This document shows positions 46,504 through 57,235 of a stretch of 64,000 nt of DNA, one piece after another (the stretch's first letter is position 1; each line of letters begins with the position of its first letter). The notes under the pieces are model-generated. The model searched no databases and was not told where the DNA came from. It saw nothing but the letters and a program-made list of their open reading frames with translations. Source of the DNA: Galbitalea sp. (GTDB lineage: Bacteria; Actinomycetota; Actinomycetes; Actinomycetales; Microbacteriaceae); assembly GCA_036495225.1 (NCBI GenBank), contig DASXNG010000054.1, positions 1,633-65,632 on the forward strand, in the 5' to 3' direction. The position numbers were made by a program, and so were the translations under genes.

Positions 46504-48719
46504 TTCGGCATCGACCGTTCGGCTCCGGTCACCCGTACTCCGTCGATACGGAGCAGCGCTCTCCGGTTGATCCGATCGCGGGTGAACCGGTGACACTCGG
46601 TGTGCGAACCTCATCCGAAGTCACGGCTGTCGCGGTCGAAGTCGAACGGGGCGGCGCGAGCGAAGTGATCGCGTTGCAACCTGCCGCACGGCGGTCGAGG
46701 GGACAGCTCGTCGACGGCGGGCACCTGGCGTCGGCACAGGCGCGACTCGCGCGCTCATCGACTGGTTGGCAGGTCAGCCTGGGGAAGCTCCTCGAGGGCG
46801 AGCAAGTGAGATACCGCTTCACTGCAACGGGCAGGTCCCTCGAACACACGCGCTGGTTTGAATTTCGCGCTTCGGGATGGCACAGCTCACCGACTGCGGT
46901 AGTAGCGCACGGCGCGAGCCGCATCATTCCCGATTCGGTCAGCGTGTGCTCGGACGGCGACCACGTTCATCGACTTCGATTCGCCCTGCCACTAGCCCCG
47001 GCCGAACACGTCACTGGTCTCGGTGAGCGATTCGACGCTCTCGATCACCGAGGCTCCAGCCTGGACTCGACCGTTTTCGAGCAGTACAAGAGCCAGGGCG
47101 CCGAGCGCAAGACCTACCTTCCTATGCCGTTCGCTCACCTCGTCGGCGGGGATGGATGGGGATTCCACGTTCGCACCGCTCGTCGCGTCTGGTTCGACTT
47201 CGGAGAGAAGACGAGCGACCGCCTGTGGGTGGAGCTTGAGGTTGACGCGCCCTCGGGCGAAGCCGCTGCCGAGATTGCGTTCTACGACGGAGCGCCTCGT
47301 GAAGTGCTTGACGCTTTTCTCGCGGATGTCGGGCGCCCGCAGGAGTTGCCCTCCTGGGTGTTCCGACTTTGGGCGAGCAGCAACGAGTGGAACACGCAGA
47401 CCGAAGTGATGAAGCAGGTCGACCTGCATCGCGAGCACGACATCCCCGTCGGGTCTGTGGTGATCGAGGCGTGGAGCGACGAAAGCACGTTCACGGCGTG
47501 GCGCGATGCTCAGTATGTTCCCTCCCAGGATGGCTCCCCGTTGCGGCTGAAGGATTTCAGTTTCCCGCCGGATGGCGCGTGGTCAGACCCGAAGGGCATG
47601 ACCGACGAACTCCATGCACGTGACGTCAAGCTGCACCTCTGGCAGATCCCGCTACTCAAGATGCGACCTCATCCGACAGGGCAAGCCGCTGCGGATGCTG
47701 CCGCAGCCATTCGCGAGAATGTTCTCATCGAGGAGCTTGCTCCCACCGGGTCGCTGCGCCCCTATCGAAATCGAGGCTGGTGGTTCCCGCTCGGGCTCAT
47801 GCCAGATCTCACTGACGAGCGCGCCGCCGCGTGGTGGACGGAGAAGCGTCGCTACCTCGTTGAGGAAGTCGGTATCGACGGATTCAAAACCGACGGCGGT
47901 GAGCACGCGTGGGGCCGCGATCTGCGCTATCTCGACGGAAAACACGGCGACGAGGGCAACAACCTGTTCCCGGTCTTCTACGCCAAGGCATTCGGTGACC
48001 TATTACAGTCCGCGGGAAAGGCGCCTGTCACATTCAGTCGCGCCGGTTACAGCGGCAGTCAGGCGCACGGCGCTTTCTGGGCGGGGGACGAGAATTCGAC
48101 TTGGGAGGCGTTCCGCTGGTCGATGCTTGCGGGGCTGTCCGCGGCATCCAGTGGAATCGTCTATTGGGGTTGGGACATTGCCGGCTTCTCCGGGGAGATT
48201 CCGAGCGCAGAACTCTATTTGCGAGCGGCTGCCGCCTCAGCGTTCGTCCCGATCATGCAATACCACTCCGAGTTCAACCACCATCGACTGCCTTCGCGTG
48301 ACCGCACCCCGTGGAACATTGCCGAGCGCAGCGGTGACGCCCGTGTGTTGCCGGTATTCCGGCGATTCGCACAGATGCGTGAACGACTCGTGCCGTATCT
48401 GGCCGAGCAGGCACGACTGACGATCGAGACCAGCGCACCGCTCATGCGACCGCTCTACTTCGATCACCCAGGCGACGAGCGCGTGTGGGACTTTCCCGTG
48501 CAGTGGATGCTCGGCGACTCCATCCTCGTGGCGCCGGTGCTCGAGCCGGGAGCGGAGAGCTGGCGGGTCTATCTGCCCATGGGCGAGTGGGTGGACGCCT
48601 TCACCGGCGAAGCGGTACTTCCCGGAGTCGTCGAACGGTCCACACCGATCGACGAGCTGCCCGTGTACGTGAAGGCGAGCGAATGGCCGGCACTGTCGCG
48701 CATGTTCGCCGCAGAGTGA
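46500..48719 (+). CDS. glycoside hydrolase family 31 alpha-glucosidase-like enzyme
   Basis: 739 aa. GTGA overlap with the GH15 gene. VVIEAWSDE, GIDGFKTDGGE and FWAGDENSTWE blocks resemble GH31 catalytic regions. Confidence 0.78.
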   Translation: MIRHRPFGSGHPYSVDTEQRSPVDPIAGEPVTLGVRTSSEVTAVAVEVERGGASEVIALQPAARRSRGQLVDGGHLASAQARLARSSTGWQVSLGKLLEGEQVRYRFTATGRSLEHTRWFEFRASGWHSSPTAVVAHGASRIIPDSVSVCSDGDHVHRLRFALPLAPAEHVTGLGERFDALDHRGSSLDSTVFEQYKSQGAERKTYLPMPFAHLVGGDGWGFHVRTARRVWFDFGEKTSDRLWVELEVDAPSGEAAAEIAFYDGAPREVLDAFLADVGRPQELPSWVFRLWASSNEWNTQTEVMKQVDLHREHDIPVGSVVIEAWSDESTFTAWRDAQYVPSQDGSPLRLKDFSFPPDGAWSDPKGMTDELHARDVKLHLWQIPLLKMRPHPTGQAAADAAAAIRENVLIEELAPTGSLRPYRNRGWWFPLGLMPDLTDERAAAWWTEKRRYLVEEVGIDGFKTDGGEHAWGRDLRYLDGKHGDEGNNLFPVFYAKAFGDLLQSAGKAPVTFSRAGYSGSQAHGAFWAGDENSTWEAFRWSMLAGLSAASSGIVYWGWDIAGFSGEIPSAELYLRAAAASAFVPIMQYHSEFNHHRLPSRDRTPWNIAERSGDARVLPVFRRFAQMRERLVPYLAEQARLTIETSAPLMRPLYFDHPGDERVWDFPVQWMLGDSILVAPVLEPGAESWRVYLPMGEWVDAFTGEAVLPGVVERSTPIDELPVYVKASEWPALSRMFAAE

Positions 48720-48728
48720 AATTCGCAC

Positions 48729-49652
48729 CTACTGTCCGAGAACGCACTTCTCGAGGTTGTACTTCTCGATTTGGTCGTAGAGCGCTTGTTCGGTGGTGGC
48801 GGGCGTAACTCCGATGCCGCGAATGCACGTGCGCTCGGTGACGGCGGTGTACGACGTGCTCCAGTTCTCTAGCTGCCAGACGGTGTCGACCCGGTCAAAC
48901 TCGGTTGTGTAGCAACGCTGAAATGCGGCGTCGCCGTAGATGTCCCCTGGAGTCGCGTAGTCGAGTAGCGTCGTGTTACGCGGGACATCGCCTAACGGGT
49001 AGCCCGCGTCAGTCATGCACGCTGCGAAACGGTCATAGGCCGCTAGATACTCGATGCGCGTGACCTTGCCGTCGGCCAGTTCGGCGAGTTGGGCGGTTGA
49101 TGGCCCGAAGCTCGAAGCTGCAATCCAGGAGATCCAAACCGTGAATCGGAGGCCCGGGGCGGCGACAATCTTGAAGGTGTGGCTTCCCGTGCCGAAGACG
49201 GGCTCCTGACTAGCCGTCGGGTTGAACTGGTCTGACTCCCCACACGTCTGGCCGTCATCGTGTCCGTCGATCAGCGTCGTGAGCGTCCCGACATCCGTGC
49301 ATTCGAATGCAACGACGAGATTTGTCGCGCCGGCGGGTTTCTTCCCGAGCCGGATGATCGTGGTCCCGGCGCCGGATCGAACGATTGGAGCGTCGACAAG
49401 AATGGCGTTCTGATCGATGACTTGTTCGTGCGCCGCTTCCAAGAGCGCGTCGTTCACGGCGTGCTGCGGAGGCGCGTTGATCGTCGCAGCGGCAACCGCT
49501 CCGCCAGTCATCGCGCCTGCAATCGCGAAGATGATGATTGAGGTAACGACCAGCTTTCGGGAGGGTCGCCGCGAGTGCGCACTGCGCGAGACGAGTTTCA
49601 CGAGCGCGGTGCGCAACTCCGTGTCTCGGGAATCCAGAATTTCAGGCTTCAT
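48729..49652 (-). CDS. single-pass membrane protein co-transcribed with the ECF sigma factor (candidate non-canonical anti-sigma or sensor)
   Basis: Start MKPEILDSRDTELR overlaps the sigma gene stop by 11 nt. Layout: about 33-aa cytoplasmic tail, TM helix LVVTSIIIFAIAGAMTGGAVAAA, then an extracytoplasmic domain of about 250 aa containing 6 Cys. Confidence 0.6.
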   Translation of the reverse strand: MKPEILDSRDTELRTALVKLVSRSAHSRRPSRKLVVTSIIIFAIAGAMTGGAVAAATINAPPQHAVNDALLEAAHEQVIDQNAILVDAPIVRSGAGTTIIRLGKKPAGATNLVVAFECTDVGTLTTLIDGHDDGQTCGESDQFNPTASQEPVFGTGSHTFKIVAAPGLRFTVWISWIAASSFGPSTAQLAELADGKVTRIEYLAAYDRFAACMTDAGYPLGDVPRNTTLLDYATPGDIYGDAAFQRCYTTEFDRVDTVWQLENWSTSYTAVTERTCIRGIGVTPATTEQALYDQIEKYNLEKCVLGQ

Positions 49653-50211
49653 TGTTGGCTTCTTTCGCGAGCGAGCGTAGGGGAGTGGCGTGAGCTTCGA
49701 GTTGCCCCGCCAGGCGCGCTTTCGCGCGGGACAGTCGGGACTTGATCGTGCCCGGGGCAACGCCGAGTGCCGCAGCGGCTTCCTTTTCGGAATACCCGTC
49801 AAGCACGCACAGCGCGATCACCTGCCGGTCGGGAAGGGAGAGTTTCGCGAGTGCGGCACGAGCAACGTCATCGATGTCTTCTGCGTGATCGCGGCTGTGC
49901 TCGCCCGCGGGGAGCTTCGCCAGCAGCGCCTTGTAGCGGCGCTCGCCGCGCGCGAGATTCCGCGCCGAGTTGGTCGCGATTACGAGCAACCACGGCAGCA
50001 TCGAGCCGTCCACGAAGCGCGCGACATCGCGGCGTCGCCACGACTCGAAAAACGCGATCGCGACCACGTCGTCCGCGTCTGCCGCGACCGGCACGAGCCG
50101 ATAACTGTGCCGGTAGAGCCGAGAGCGATGGCGATCGAAGATGCGACCGAACGCTTCGCCGTCGCCTTCGAGCGCTGCCGCCCAAACGACTTCGTCGGAA
50201 TCCGTGGTCAC
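49642..50211 (-). CDS. ECF-type sigma-70 family RNA polymerase sigma factor
   Basis: 189 aa. Region 2 (RIFDRHRSRLYRHSYRLV) and region 4 HTH (LPDRQVIALCVLDGYSEKEAAAALGVAPGTIKSRLSRAKARL). Confidence 0.88.
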   Translation of the reverse strand: MTTDSDEVVWAAALEGDGEAFGRIFDRHRSRLYRHSYRLVPVAADADDVVAIAFFESWRRRDVARFVDGSMLPWLLVIATNSARNLARGERRYKALLAKLPAGEHSRDHAEDIDDVARAALAKLSLPDRQVIALCVLDGYSEKEAAAALGVAPGTIKSRLSRAKARLAGQLEAHATPLRSLAKEANNEA

Positions 50212-50260
50212 ACTACGTAGTGTCCGGCATCGTCCGATCGGTTCCCGCGATTGCCGTCGT

Positions 50261-52255
50261 CTACTGCATCGTCAACGCCGCGGACAGGATCGGTGCGGAA
50301 TCGAGGTAGCCGACCCGCGTCGCCGAAACGACCACGTGGTAGCTGTAACCCACCGAGAAGTCCGCAGAGTCCGCCGGGTCTGAGCTCAGATACAGCTGGT
50401 GTCCCGTTTGGCCGACGAGATTCACGAATCCGGATCCGTCGTGGCGGTCGACTTGCCACTGGTAGGTGAGGTCGAGGGCTACCGCTGGCCACGTGCCTGC
50501 CGTGGCGTTGATCACGTTGCCGATCACCACGAATGTGACGGTTTTGCCACCGACGGTGAGCGCGGGAGCCTTCGTCGCGACCACGGCGGCGCCTGGCTGT
50601 ACCGTCACAGCGTTCGATTCGAGCGGTGTGGTCGGTAGGAGGCCCGACTTGACAGGCTGAACCGTCACGCTGATGTCGTCAGAGAGATCGCTCGGCAAGA
50701 CGACGTACGTCGAGCTCGTCGCGTATGGGATCGGGTTGCCGTTCCGTAGCCACTGGTAGCGGTAGCTCGTCGGTGCTACGTCCCACTTGCCCACCGCGGC
50801 AGTCAGCGTGGCACCAACCTTGGTGACAGTGGCGACGCTCGGCGGGGTCAGGTTGGAGATGGGTGCAGCCGCGATCGCCGGGGTCAGATCGGAGACGCCA
50901 ACGATGGTCGCGTAACCGCTGCGCCTGCCGCTGACGTGAACGCTCAACTGTTGCCCAACATCCGCACTCGTTGGCACGTAGGTCTTGCCGGTCGCGTACG
51001 AGATCGGCGCGGCGCCCCGATACCACTGGTAGGTGACGGATGTCGGCGCAGGTGCCCAATTCGGAATGGTGGCCGTCAGCTTTCGCCCGACCGCCGGGTT
51101 GCCCGTGATCACCGGCACCGTCCCGACGAACGCAATGGCGGCTGTGACTGTGCCGACGTCGAGCGTCTGCGGCAAGCTCGCGATGTGGCCCCTCGCGTTG
51201 GCGACGATGCGCACAGTGATGTGGCGTCCGACGTCAGCCGTCGTGAAGACGTAGCTCCCCCCGATTGCGCCCTTGATCGCGACGCCGTCGCGCAGCCATT
51301 GGCGGGAGAAGCTTGCGTTCACGGGTGCGGTGACCGCATCAGAGTTGATTGTCGCAACGAAGTTGGGCTGAAGCGTTGGTGCGTTCACGGTTGGGCTCGT
51401 CAGGATCACGACCGCCTCACCCGTGCGCACCGGCACCTCGACGGACCTGGTCGCGTAGCCAGGCTTCGTGTCGGTAACGACCACCGTCAGTCGCGTGGTC
51501 GTGGATGTCGGGAGCGAATCCGAGAGCGTCGACCCACTGCCGAGCGTCGTTGGAATCGTCGATCCCGCCGGGTATTCTCGCCACTCATACGAGATCACGC
51601 CACCCGTCGGACTCCAAGAGCCGGGCGCGACCGAATACAGTCCGGTCGTGCTGTTGTGTGAAACCGATGATGCGTGAGTCTGTATCAGCGCCACGGCCGG
51701 CGCGATTGTCGGCACCGAGACGTCGAACGGAGTCGAGTCTGCGAAACCGACGCGATGCGCGGTCACAAGCAGGTCAAGCGTGGTCGGAAGGCCCCCCACG
51801 GGAACGTCTGCGGTCGTCGGCTTGTAGGTCGACGACGTACCGACGCTCACGGGGATCCCGGCTCCGACCGTGCGCGTCCACTTGTAGGTAAACGTGACGC
51901 CAGGCAGGTCCCAGTGGCCGGGGTTCGCGGTGAGCGTCGAGCCGACGCGCGCCGTGCCCGTCACCGCGGGATTGGCGACCGTGTTCGCGGCCGCGCCGAG
52001 GGCAACGGGGTCGAGGGCGTCGGTCGTGTAGCTGAGGTTTCTGAAGTCTTCGTATGACGAAGCGCCGATGCTCAGTGAGATTCGGGCGGTCGCGTCGCCG
52101 GGCTGCAGCGTATAGGTCGCACCCGTCGCGCCGGAGATCTGGTGTCCGTTTCGCAGCCAGTGGTAGAAGTAGGTGGTCGGCGACCCGATCCACGAGCCGG
52201 GATTAGCGATCAGGGTGTCACCAACCTGGACCCCGTCGCTGGCGTCGATGGTTGG
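50261..52255 (-). repeat. 7 tandem protein-level repeats of about 85-95 aa (C-terminal module of protein A)
   Basis: Each unit carries GxxL(T)AxxGxW...(F/Y)xYxWxRxGxxIxGATxxTYxxxxxDxGxxIxVxV. The DNA copies are divergent. Confidence 0.75.
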
Positions 52256-55200
52256 CGGATTGCCCGGGTCTGCCTGTGGCTCGAGGAGTTCCTGGCCCGA
52301 CACGGGATCCGTGAGGTCAACCTCGCCCAGATCGTTCGGGGCGCCAGCAACGTACGTCTGAAGAACGACCTCGTTGTAGGAGTTCTCGTCCGTGAACGCG
52401 TCGATGGTCACGTTGTACCAGCCGGGGGCAAGGTTTGCGATAGTCGTCGCCCCATCGATCTGGGCGGGGCCAAAGAGCTCGTCGCCGATGGTCTCGCTCG
52501 AGAGAACGGTCGTTTTTGAGTCATCCAGTCGATCGACGGTGATGAAACCCTCGAGGGGTTCCGCGCTTGCGCCGACGAGGTTGAAGGAGATAGCACCCGA
52601 GTAGGTCGGCAGCTGAATGTTCTGATTCGCGATGGGAGCACTGACCGCGACGATCTTGGTGGAGTCAGCAGGCACGTCCGTCCCGCCGAGGAACGTGGTC
52701 GCGCCGCTGTCACCCGCGGTGATGAATTCCAGCACGTATGTTCCGGGGAGAAGCGAGAGGGAGTAGTTGCCCTGGTCGTCTGTAAGGTCCAGTCCAGCGC
52801 GCGGTTGCTCGCTCTGGCCCAGGCCGAAGATGCCATCGCCGAACTGCGCGACTCCGTCGACGTAGGGGAACGCCTGCACGCGAAGCTGCACCGCGGGCGC
52901 ACCCGTGGAGTCGAGTACGCGTCCACTGACGTGTACTCGGCCGAGGAGTGCCGCGCTGCGCGTCGTGGTGGTCTTGTCCCGCACAAACGCCGTGGCGCTC
53001 GCGGAGGCGTACGCGAGGTTCGGCTCGCCCGAGTTCGGGTCGTTGAAGCTGACGTCGTAACTTCCTGGCGTGAGCCCTGGGACCACGTACGCGCCTTTGG
53101 AGTTGGTGGTGGCGGTGCCTGTCCCGTCGAAGCCGCCAAAGTCATTTTCTCCAGCGATGGATGTCTCGGTCGCGGTCACCTCCACGCCGGCGATTGCCTT
53201 CCCGGCCTTCTTGTTGGTGACAACGCCGGTGATGGACCCTCCGCCAACGATGTGAACCTCACGGTAGGCCGTCGTGCCCTCCGCGGTGACGTCCACGGCC
53301 TCGGAGAGGGTCGGATCCGTGCTTCCGCCCATGAACTGGGTCGCGTATGCGGATCCGGCTGGCGGCGTCAGTTCGAGGTAGTAGCTGCCGGGATCCAGGC
53401 CATAGATGCTGAAGGTTCCGTCGTTTACGGTGACGTCATCCGTGCCGTAATAGGAATCTTCGAATGTGATGCCTCCGAGGGATGACTTTGGAACAGCGAT
53501 GACATCCACACCCGACACGGGTTTGCCATTTGTGCCAAGGACGATGCCCCGAATTCCTGTGGTGTGCAGCAGTTCGATCTGGCCAAGGGGCACGGAAGCC
53601 GAGTTGAGAGCGACCGCGGGCTCCTCGATCGTCCGCGTGCTGTAGCTGTCGTCGTAGGACATGAAACTGAGCGAATGGGCACCGGGAAGCAGCCCGGTAA
53701 GAGTGAAGACGCCGCTGCTGTTCGTGGTCGCGTCGCTCGTTGCGTACCCGTTGTTGAAGAAGTCATTGTCAAAGACGTCGACATTCCGAATGCCGTGTCC
53801 GTTGCTGTCGACAACGGTGCCCGTGTATGAGCCGCCTCGCTGCAGGTGCACGTCTTCCTGTGCATCCTGGCCGGCACCCAGTGCGAGCAGGGGGACGTGG
53901 GAGTCTGCTTCGCCGGGCACTCCGCCGATGTCTTGCGCCAGATGTACCGCATCCCCTGCGTCGACGGCGATGCGGTAGTTCCCAGGCGGTAGACCCGTCA
54001 CCGTATATGAGCCGTTGTTGTCCGTCGTTGTCGACACATCCAGGTTGTCCGGACTCGACTGCGCTCCGGTGCCGTTGACCAGTCGTACGTCGACTTCGGC
54101 ACCGTCGAGTGCAGCTTCGTTCATCGCGTCGAGAACATGCCCATGAATGGTTGCGGTTCCGACCTCATTGAAGTCGATGCCCTCGTGGACGCTCAACGCG
54201 GTCACGGTGAACGTCGATGCGAGATCCTCTGCTGAGACGCCCGGGAACCACTGCGTTGCTACTGCTTCGTTGTTCGGCACAAGCTCCACGCCGTAATTGC
54301 CAGCGGAAAGACCTTTGATCGTGTAATTGCCGTTGGAGTCCGTGGTCGCGTAATGGTCTCCAGCATCGCTGTGGCCTTCAACCGCGGTCGCGCCGAAGTT
54401 CTGAGGCGCGGACACCGTTTCGCCAGAAATTGGCACGCCGCTTGATGAGACGGTTCCAGACAGGATGCCCCCCGGATCTAGCGCAACGTTGACGTTCGCG
54501 GTCGTGCCACCTGCCGCGACCTTGAACTTCGAGGTGTTTTCACCCGTGTAGTTGTTGGCGAAGAACTCGTCCTGGTAGTTGCCGTTGCCGTGGTAGTTGA
54601 CGAACACCGTGTACGTTCCGGGAGCGACGCCACCGATCTTGTACGTGCCGTTTGCTGCGATCACACCCGGGTCGGTTCCTTGGCAATCCGCATATGTTTC
54701 GGAGTCGTAAGACTCAATGGGGCAGGCCTCGATCGATACGTCGCTCGAGGTGAGCGCGCTGTGATCCGCCGTAGAGATGACGCCTGTGATTGAGCCGGCT
54801 CGCGATAGCCGAACACTGTAACCGGTGAGGTGCGCGCCGGCGGCCAGCGAGATCGGGTCTGCCCAGTCCGCGATTGGCTCGTCCTGCCACCACGAGTCGT
54901 GGTACTGGACGGACGCGGACAGCTGCGAAGCGAAGTGCAGAACAATCTCATCGCTCGCGGGGAGGTTTGCGAGCGTGTACGCCCCCGTGCTCGAGGTCTT
55001 CGCCGTCTCGATGGGGATGCCGTTGATGGCGTCACCCAGATCGTAGAAGGCGCTCACGAGGATGCCGCCAATCGCGGCGTTCGAGGTGTTCTTCACGGTG
55101 CCGCCAATGCTCGCGCCGGAGAACAGCGCGAAGTCGGCGACCGCCGACTGATTGGGCGCTGACAGCTCGACGTCTTTGGCGTCAGGGTACGGCGACGCGT

Positions 55201-56035
55201 AGTAGTCGCCGTTGCTGTCCTGCATCGCGTAGCCATTCGACCCGCCCGCCTCGGGCACGAAGACGCCCGTTGGCAGGTTCGCAAAGGAGTACGCACCGTT
55301 CGCGCCAGTGGTTGTGGTGGCGTATGGGTACGCGCCCTTCGCACCGTGGGCGTCGAAACCCTGGATGAAAAGCTTCACGGTTTGCCCGGCGAGTGGATGT
55401 GCCACGCGGTCGTCGACCACGCCGCTGAGGTTGTCTCCGAGCGGTAGTGTCACCCCAGAAATGCTGGAAGGTGTGTCGGCGGGGAGGCTGACGAACTGTG
55501 TGCCACCGCTGGAATGCCCCGCGATCTCGTCATCGAGTCGAACGCCGCCGCCCTGAAAGGCTGGCGCATCCTTGTAGGCGCCAACGACTGAATTCTTGAA
55601 GTCGTATTCGAAGTCGTACTGTCCGATGGGCAGGCTCGCGAACTGCCAGTTACCGGAGCTCGCCGTTACGGTCGACGCGACGTTCGTGGCGGACACGCCG
55701 TCGGGGTTCAGCTTCCAGGCCTTGACGCTCACCTGCCCGGCCGCCGCGAAGTCGACTTGGGCGGGTGCACTGGTGACCGACGCTATGCCGCTGACGATTC
55801 CGGTTGCCGTACCAGAGGCTGACGCCGAAACGCCAACCAGCACGGGGATGCTGCCGCCGAGGAGTGCGGCGAGCGCGATGCCGGCTAGTGCGATTTTTGG
55901 TCGGCGAGTCCTCGTTCTCGTGTCTCTGTCGGTGGCAGCAAGAGCTCGAGATGCGGTCACGTTCTGGCCAATCGGTCGGGCGCTGCACGAACGCGAGGTT
56001 GCCCGCGACCGCGACACTGTGCCGGGAATCCACAA
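50261..56035 (-). CDS. giant secreted repeat protein A (up to 1924 aa): about 11 CarboxypepD_reg/Cna-B-like beta-sandwich repeats followed by 7 Ig-like W-YxW-GAT repeats
   Basis: Uninterrupted ORF. The N-terminal signal has [22 protein letters not shown]...ASASG. An alternative GTG start lies near 55960. Recurrent T(T/D)xxGxYx(I/L)xGLxPGxY units. No LPXTG and no C-terminal TM. Confidence 0.85.
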   Translation of the reverse strand: MWIPGTVSRSRATSRSCSARPIGQNVTASRALAATDRDTRTRTRRPKIALAGIALAALLGGSIPVLVGVSASASGTATGIVSGIASVTSAPAQVDFAAAGQVSVKAWKLNPDGVSATNVASTVTASSGNWQFASLPIGQYDFEYDFKNSVVGAYKDAPAFQGGGVRLDDEIAGHSSGGTQFVSLPADTPSSISGVTLPLGDNLSGVVDDRVAHPLAGQTVKLFIQGFDAHGAKGAYPYATTTTGANGAYSFANLPTGVFVPEAGGSNGYAMQDSNGDYYASPYPDAKDVELSAPNQSAVADFALFSGASIGGTVKNTSNAAIGGILVSAFYDLGDAINGIPIETAKTSSTGAYTLANLPASDEIVLHFASQLSASVQYHDSWWQDEPIADWADPISLAAGAHLTGYSVRLSRAGSITGVISTADHSALTSSDVSIEACPIESYDSETYADCQGTDPGVIAANGTYKIGGVAPGTYTVFVNYHGNGNYQDEFFANNYTGENTSKFKVAAGGTTANVNVALDPGGILSGTVSSSGVPISGETVSAPQNFGATAVEGHSDAGDHYATTDSNGNYTIKGLSAGNYGVELVPNNEAVATQWFPGVSAEDLASTFTVTALSVHEGIDFNEVGTATIHGHVLDAMNEAALDGAEVDVRLVNGTGAQSSPDNLDVSTTTDNNGSYTVTGLPPGNYRIAVDAGDAVHLAQDIGGVPGEADSHVPLLALGAGQDAQEDVHLQRGGSYTGTVVDSNGHGIRNVDVFDNDFFNNGYATSDATTNSSGVFTLTGLLPGAHSLSFMSYDDSYSTRTIEEPAVALNSASVPLGQIELLHTTGIRGIVLGTNGKPVSGVDVIAVPKSSLGGITFEDSYYGTDDVTVNDGTFSIYGLDPGSYYLELTPPAGSAYATQFMGGSTDPTLSEAVDVTAEGTTAYREVHIVGGGSITGVVTNKKAGKAIAGVEVTATETSIAGENDFGGFDGTGTATTNSKGAYVVPGLTPGSYDVSFNDPNSGEPNLAYASASATAFVRDKTTTTRSAALLGRVHVSGRVLDSTGAPAVQLRVQAFPYVDGVAQFGDGIFGLGQSEQPRAGLDLTDDQGNYSLSLLPGTYVLEFITAGDSGATTFLGGTDVPADSTKIVAVSAPIANQNIQLPTYSGAISFNLVGASAEPLEGFITVDRLDDSKTTVLSSETIGDELFGPAQIDGATTIANLAPGWYNVTIDAFTDENSYNEVVLQTYVAGAPNDLGEVDLTDPVSGQELLEPQADPGNPPTIDASDGVQVGDTLIANPGSWIGSPTTYFYHWLRNGHQISGATGATYTLQPGDATARISLSIGASSYEDFRNLSYTTDALDPVALGAAANTVANPAVTGTARVGSTLTANPGHWDLPGVTFTYKWTRTVGAGIPVSVGTSSTYKPTTADVPVGGLPTTLDLLVTAHRVGFADSTPFDVSVPTIAPAVALIQTHASSVSHNSTTGLYSVAPGSWSPTGGVISYEWREYPAGSTIPTTLGSGSTLSDSLPTSTTTRLTVVVTDTKPGYATRSVEVPVRTGEAVVILTSPTVNAPTLQPNFVATINSDAVTAPVNASFSRQWLRDGVAIKGAIGGSYVFTTADVGRHITVRIVANARGHIASLPQTLDVGTVTAAIAFVGTVPVITGNPAVGRKLTATIPNWAPAPTSVTYQWYRGAAPISYATGKTYVPTSADVGQQLSVHVSGRRSGYATIVGVSDLTPAIAAAPISNLTPPSVATVTKVGATLTAAVGKWDVAPTSYRYQWLRNGNPIPYATSSTYVVLPSDLSDDISVTVQPVKSGLLPTTPLESNAVTVQPGAAVVATKAPALTVGGKTVTFVVIGNVINATAGTWPAVALDLTYQWQVDRHDGSGFVNLVGQTGHQLYLSSDPADSADFSVGYSYHVVVSATRVGYLDSAPILSAALTMQ

Positions 56036-56156
56036 ACTCTATTGGACGCGAAGGGGGCTCACAATCGACTCGAGGTGTAGATCGACCTGTGCGACTGCCC
56101 CAATCAGAGGGCCAACCCATCGGAATGCGCGGTCGAATCTCCCAGTTGCACAGTGC

Positions 56157-57179
56157 ATGACTTCGATCGTTGGTCGCCCCCTCTCCGTGCTGGATCTCGC
56201 GTCGGTGTACGAGGGGATGTCGCACGCGCAAGCGATCGCCCAAACCATCGAAACCGCGAAGCTCGCCGACGACCTCGGATATCGGCGATTCTGGGTGGCT
56301 GAGCACCACGGCATGCCCGCAGTGGCGAGTTCTGCTCCGGCGGTTCTGATCGGAGCTATCGCCGCAGCCACGTCGAGGATTCGCGTCGGCTCCGGCGGAG
56401 TCATGCTGCCGAATCATTCGTCGATGGTCATCGCGGAACAGTTCGGCACACTCGTCGCCCTGCATGGCGATCGCATCGACCTGGGACTTGGTCGTGCGCC
56501 GGGAACCGATCAGCTCACGGCATCCATACTCCGACGCAACATTGGCGCCGAGACAGTGGATGATTTCCCCAACCAGGTCGTCGAGTTGCTGGCATTCTTC
56601 GGGCTGATTCCGCCTCTCGAGAACGGTCTGGGTGAACGACCGGCCGCGCATCCGGGGCTCGGCGACGCACCGGAAATGTGGTTGCTCGGCTCAAGCGGTT
56701 TCAGCGCCCAGCTCGCGGGCATGCTCGGACTGCCGTTCGCCTTCGCGCACCATTTCGCGGGCGGAGACAACACGCCGCTCGCATTCCAGCTCTACCGCGA
56801 CAGTTTCGAGCCGAACGAACGCCGGGCGGAACCCCACTCAATGGTGGCCGTTGCGGCGCTCGTCGCCGACAGCGAAACGGATGCCGACCGGCTGGCTCTG
56901 CCGAATGGCCTGTATTTCAGCCGCCTTCGTTCCGGAGCGCGCCCCGGCAGAATCCCGACGCTGGCCGAGGCCGAGGCGCACGAGTGGACGCCCGCGGAGC
57001 TCGAGTTCGTGCGTGAGCGCAACGCACAGCAGGCCGTCGGAACGCTCGCGCACGTGACATCCCGCCTTCAGTCGTTGGCGGAGTCGACGGGGGCCGACGA
57101 ACTGATTGTCGTGCCCCAAGGTCCAGACCTCCCCACGAAGCTCCGCACCCTCACCGATTTGGCATCGAATGCCCTCTAA
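56157..57179 (+). CDS. LLM-class (luciferase-like) flavin-dependent oxidoreductase
   Basis: Start [39 protein letters not shown] is typical of the family. The TAA stop lies inside the downstream palindrome. Confidence 0.85.
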   Translation: MTSIVGRPLSVLDLASVYEGMSHAQAIAQTIETAKLADDLGYRRFWVAEHHGMPAVASSAPAVLIGAIAAATSRIRVGSGGVMLPNHSSMVIAEQFGTLVALHGDRIDLGLGRAPGTDQLTASILRRNIGAETVDDFPNQVVELLAFFGLIPPLENGLGERPAAHPGLGDAPEMWLLGSSGFSAQLAGMLGLPFAFAHHFAGGDNTPLAFQLYRDSFEPNERRAEPHSMVAVAALVADSETDADRLALPNGLYFSRLRSGARPGRIPTLAEAEAHEWTPAELEFVRERNAQQAVGTLAHVTSRLQSLAESTGADELIVVPQGPDLPTKLRTLTDLASNAL

Positions 57180-57231
57180 GTGCTAGTTGGGGTGCACTCG
57201 CACTCGCACCCGCACATACAGGGCATTCGAT
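57163..57231. terminator. hairpin of the ATCGAATGCCCT family between the convergent LLM gene and giant gene B
   Basis: catcgaatgccctctaagtgc ... gcacatacagggcattcgatg with nested gggtgc/gcaccc. The arms differ from the 37462-37524 copy at 1 position each. Confidence 0.6.
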
Positions 57232-57235
57232 GAAG

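Noticed and set aside
50261-50330. Search for an LPXTG/sortase signal, C-terminal TM anchor or GW/SLH modules at the C-termini of the two giant proteins
   Set aside because: None found. The proteins end ...[18 protein letters not shown] and ...PGHASVDLVSAAVTVP. This is recorded as a negative observation, not a feature.
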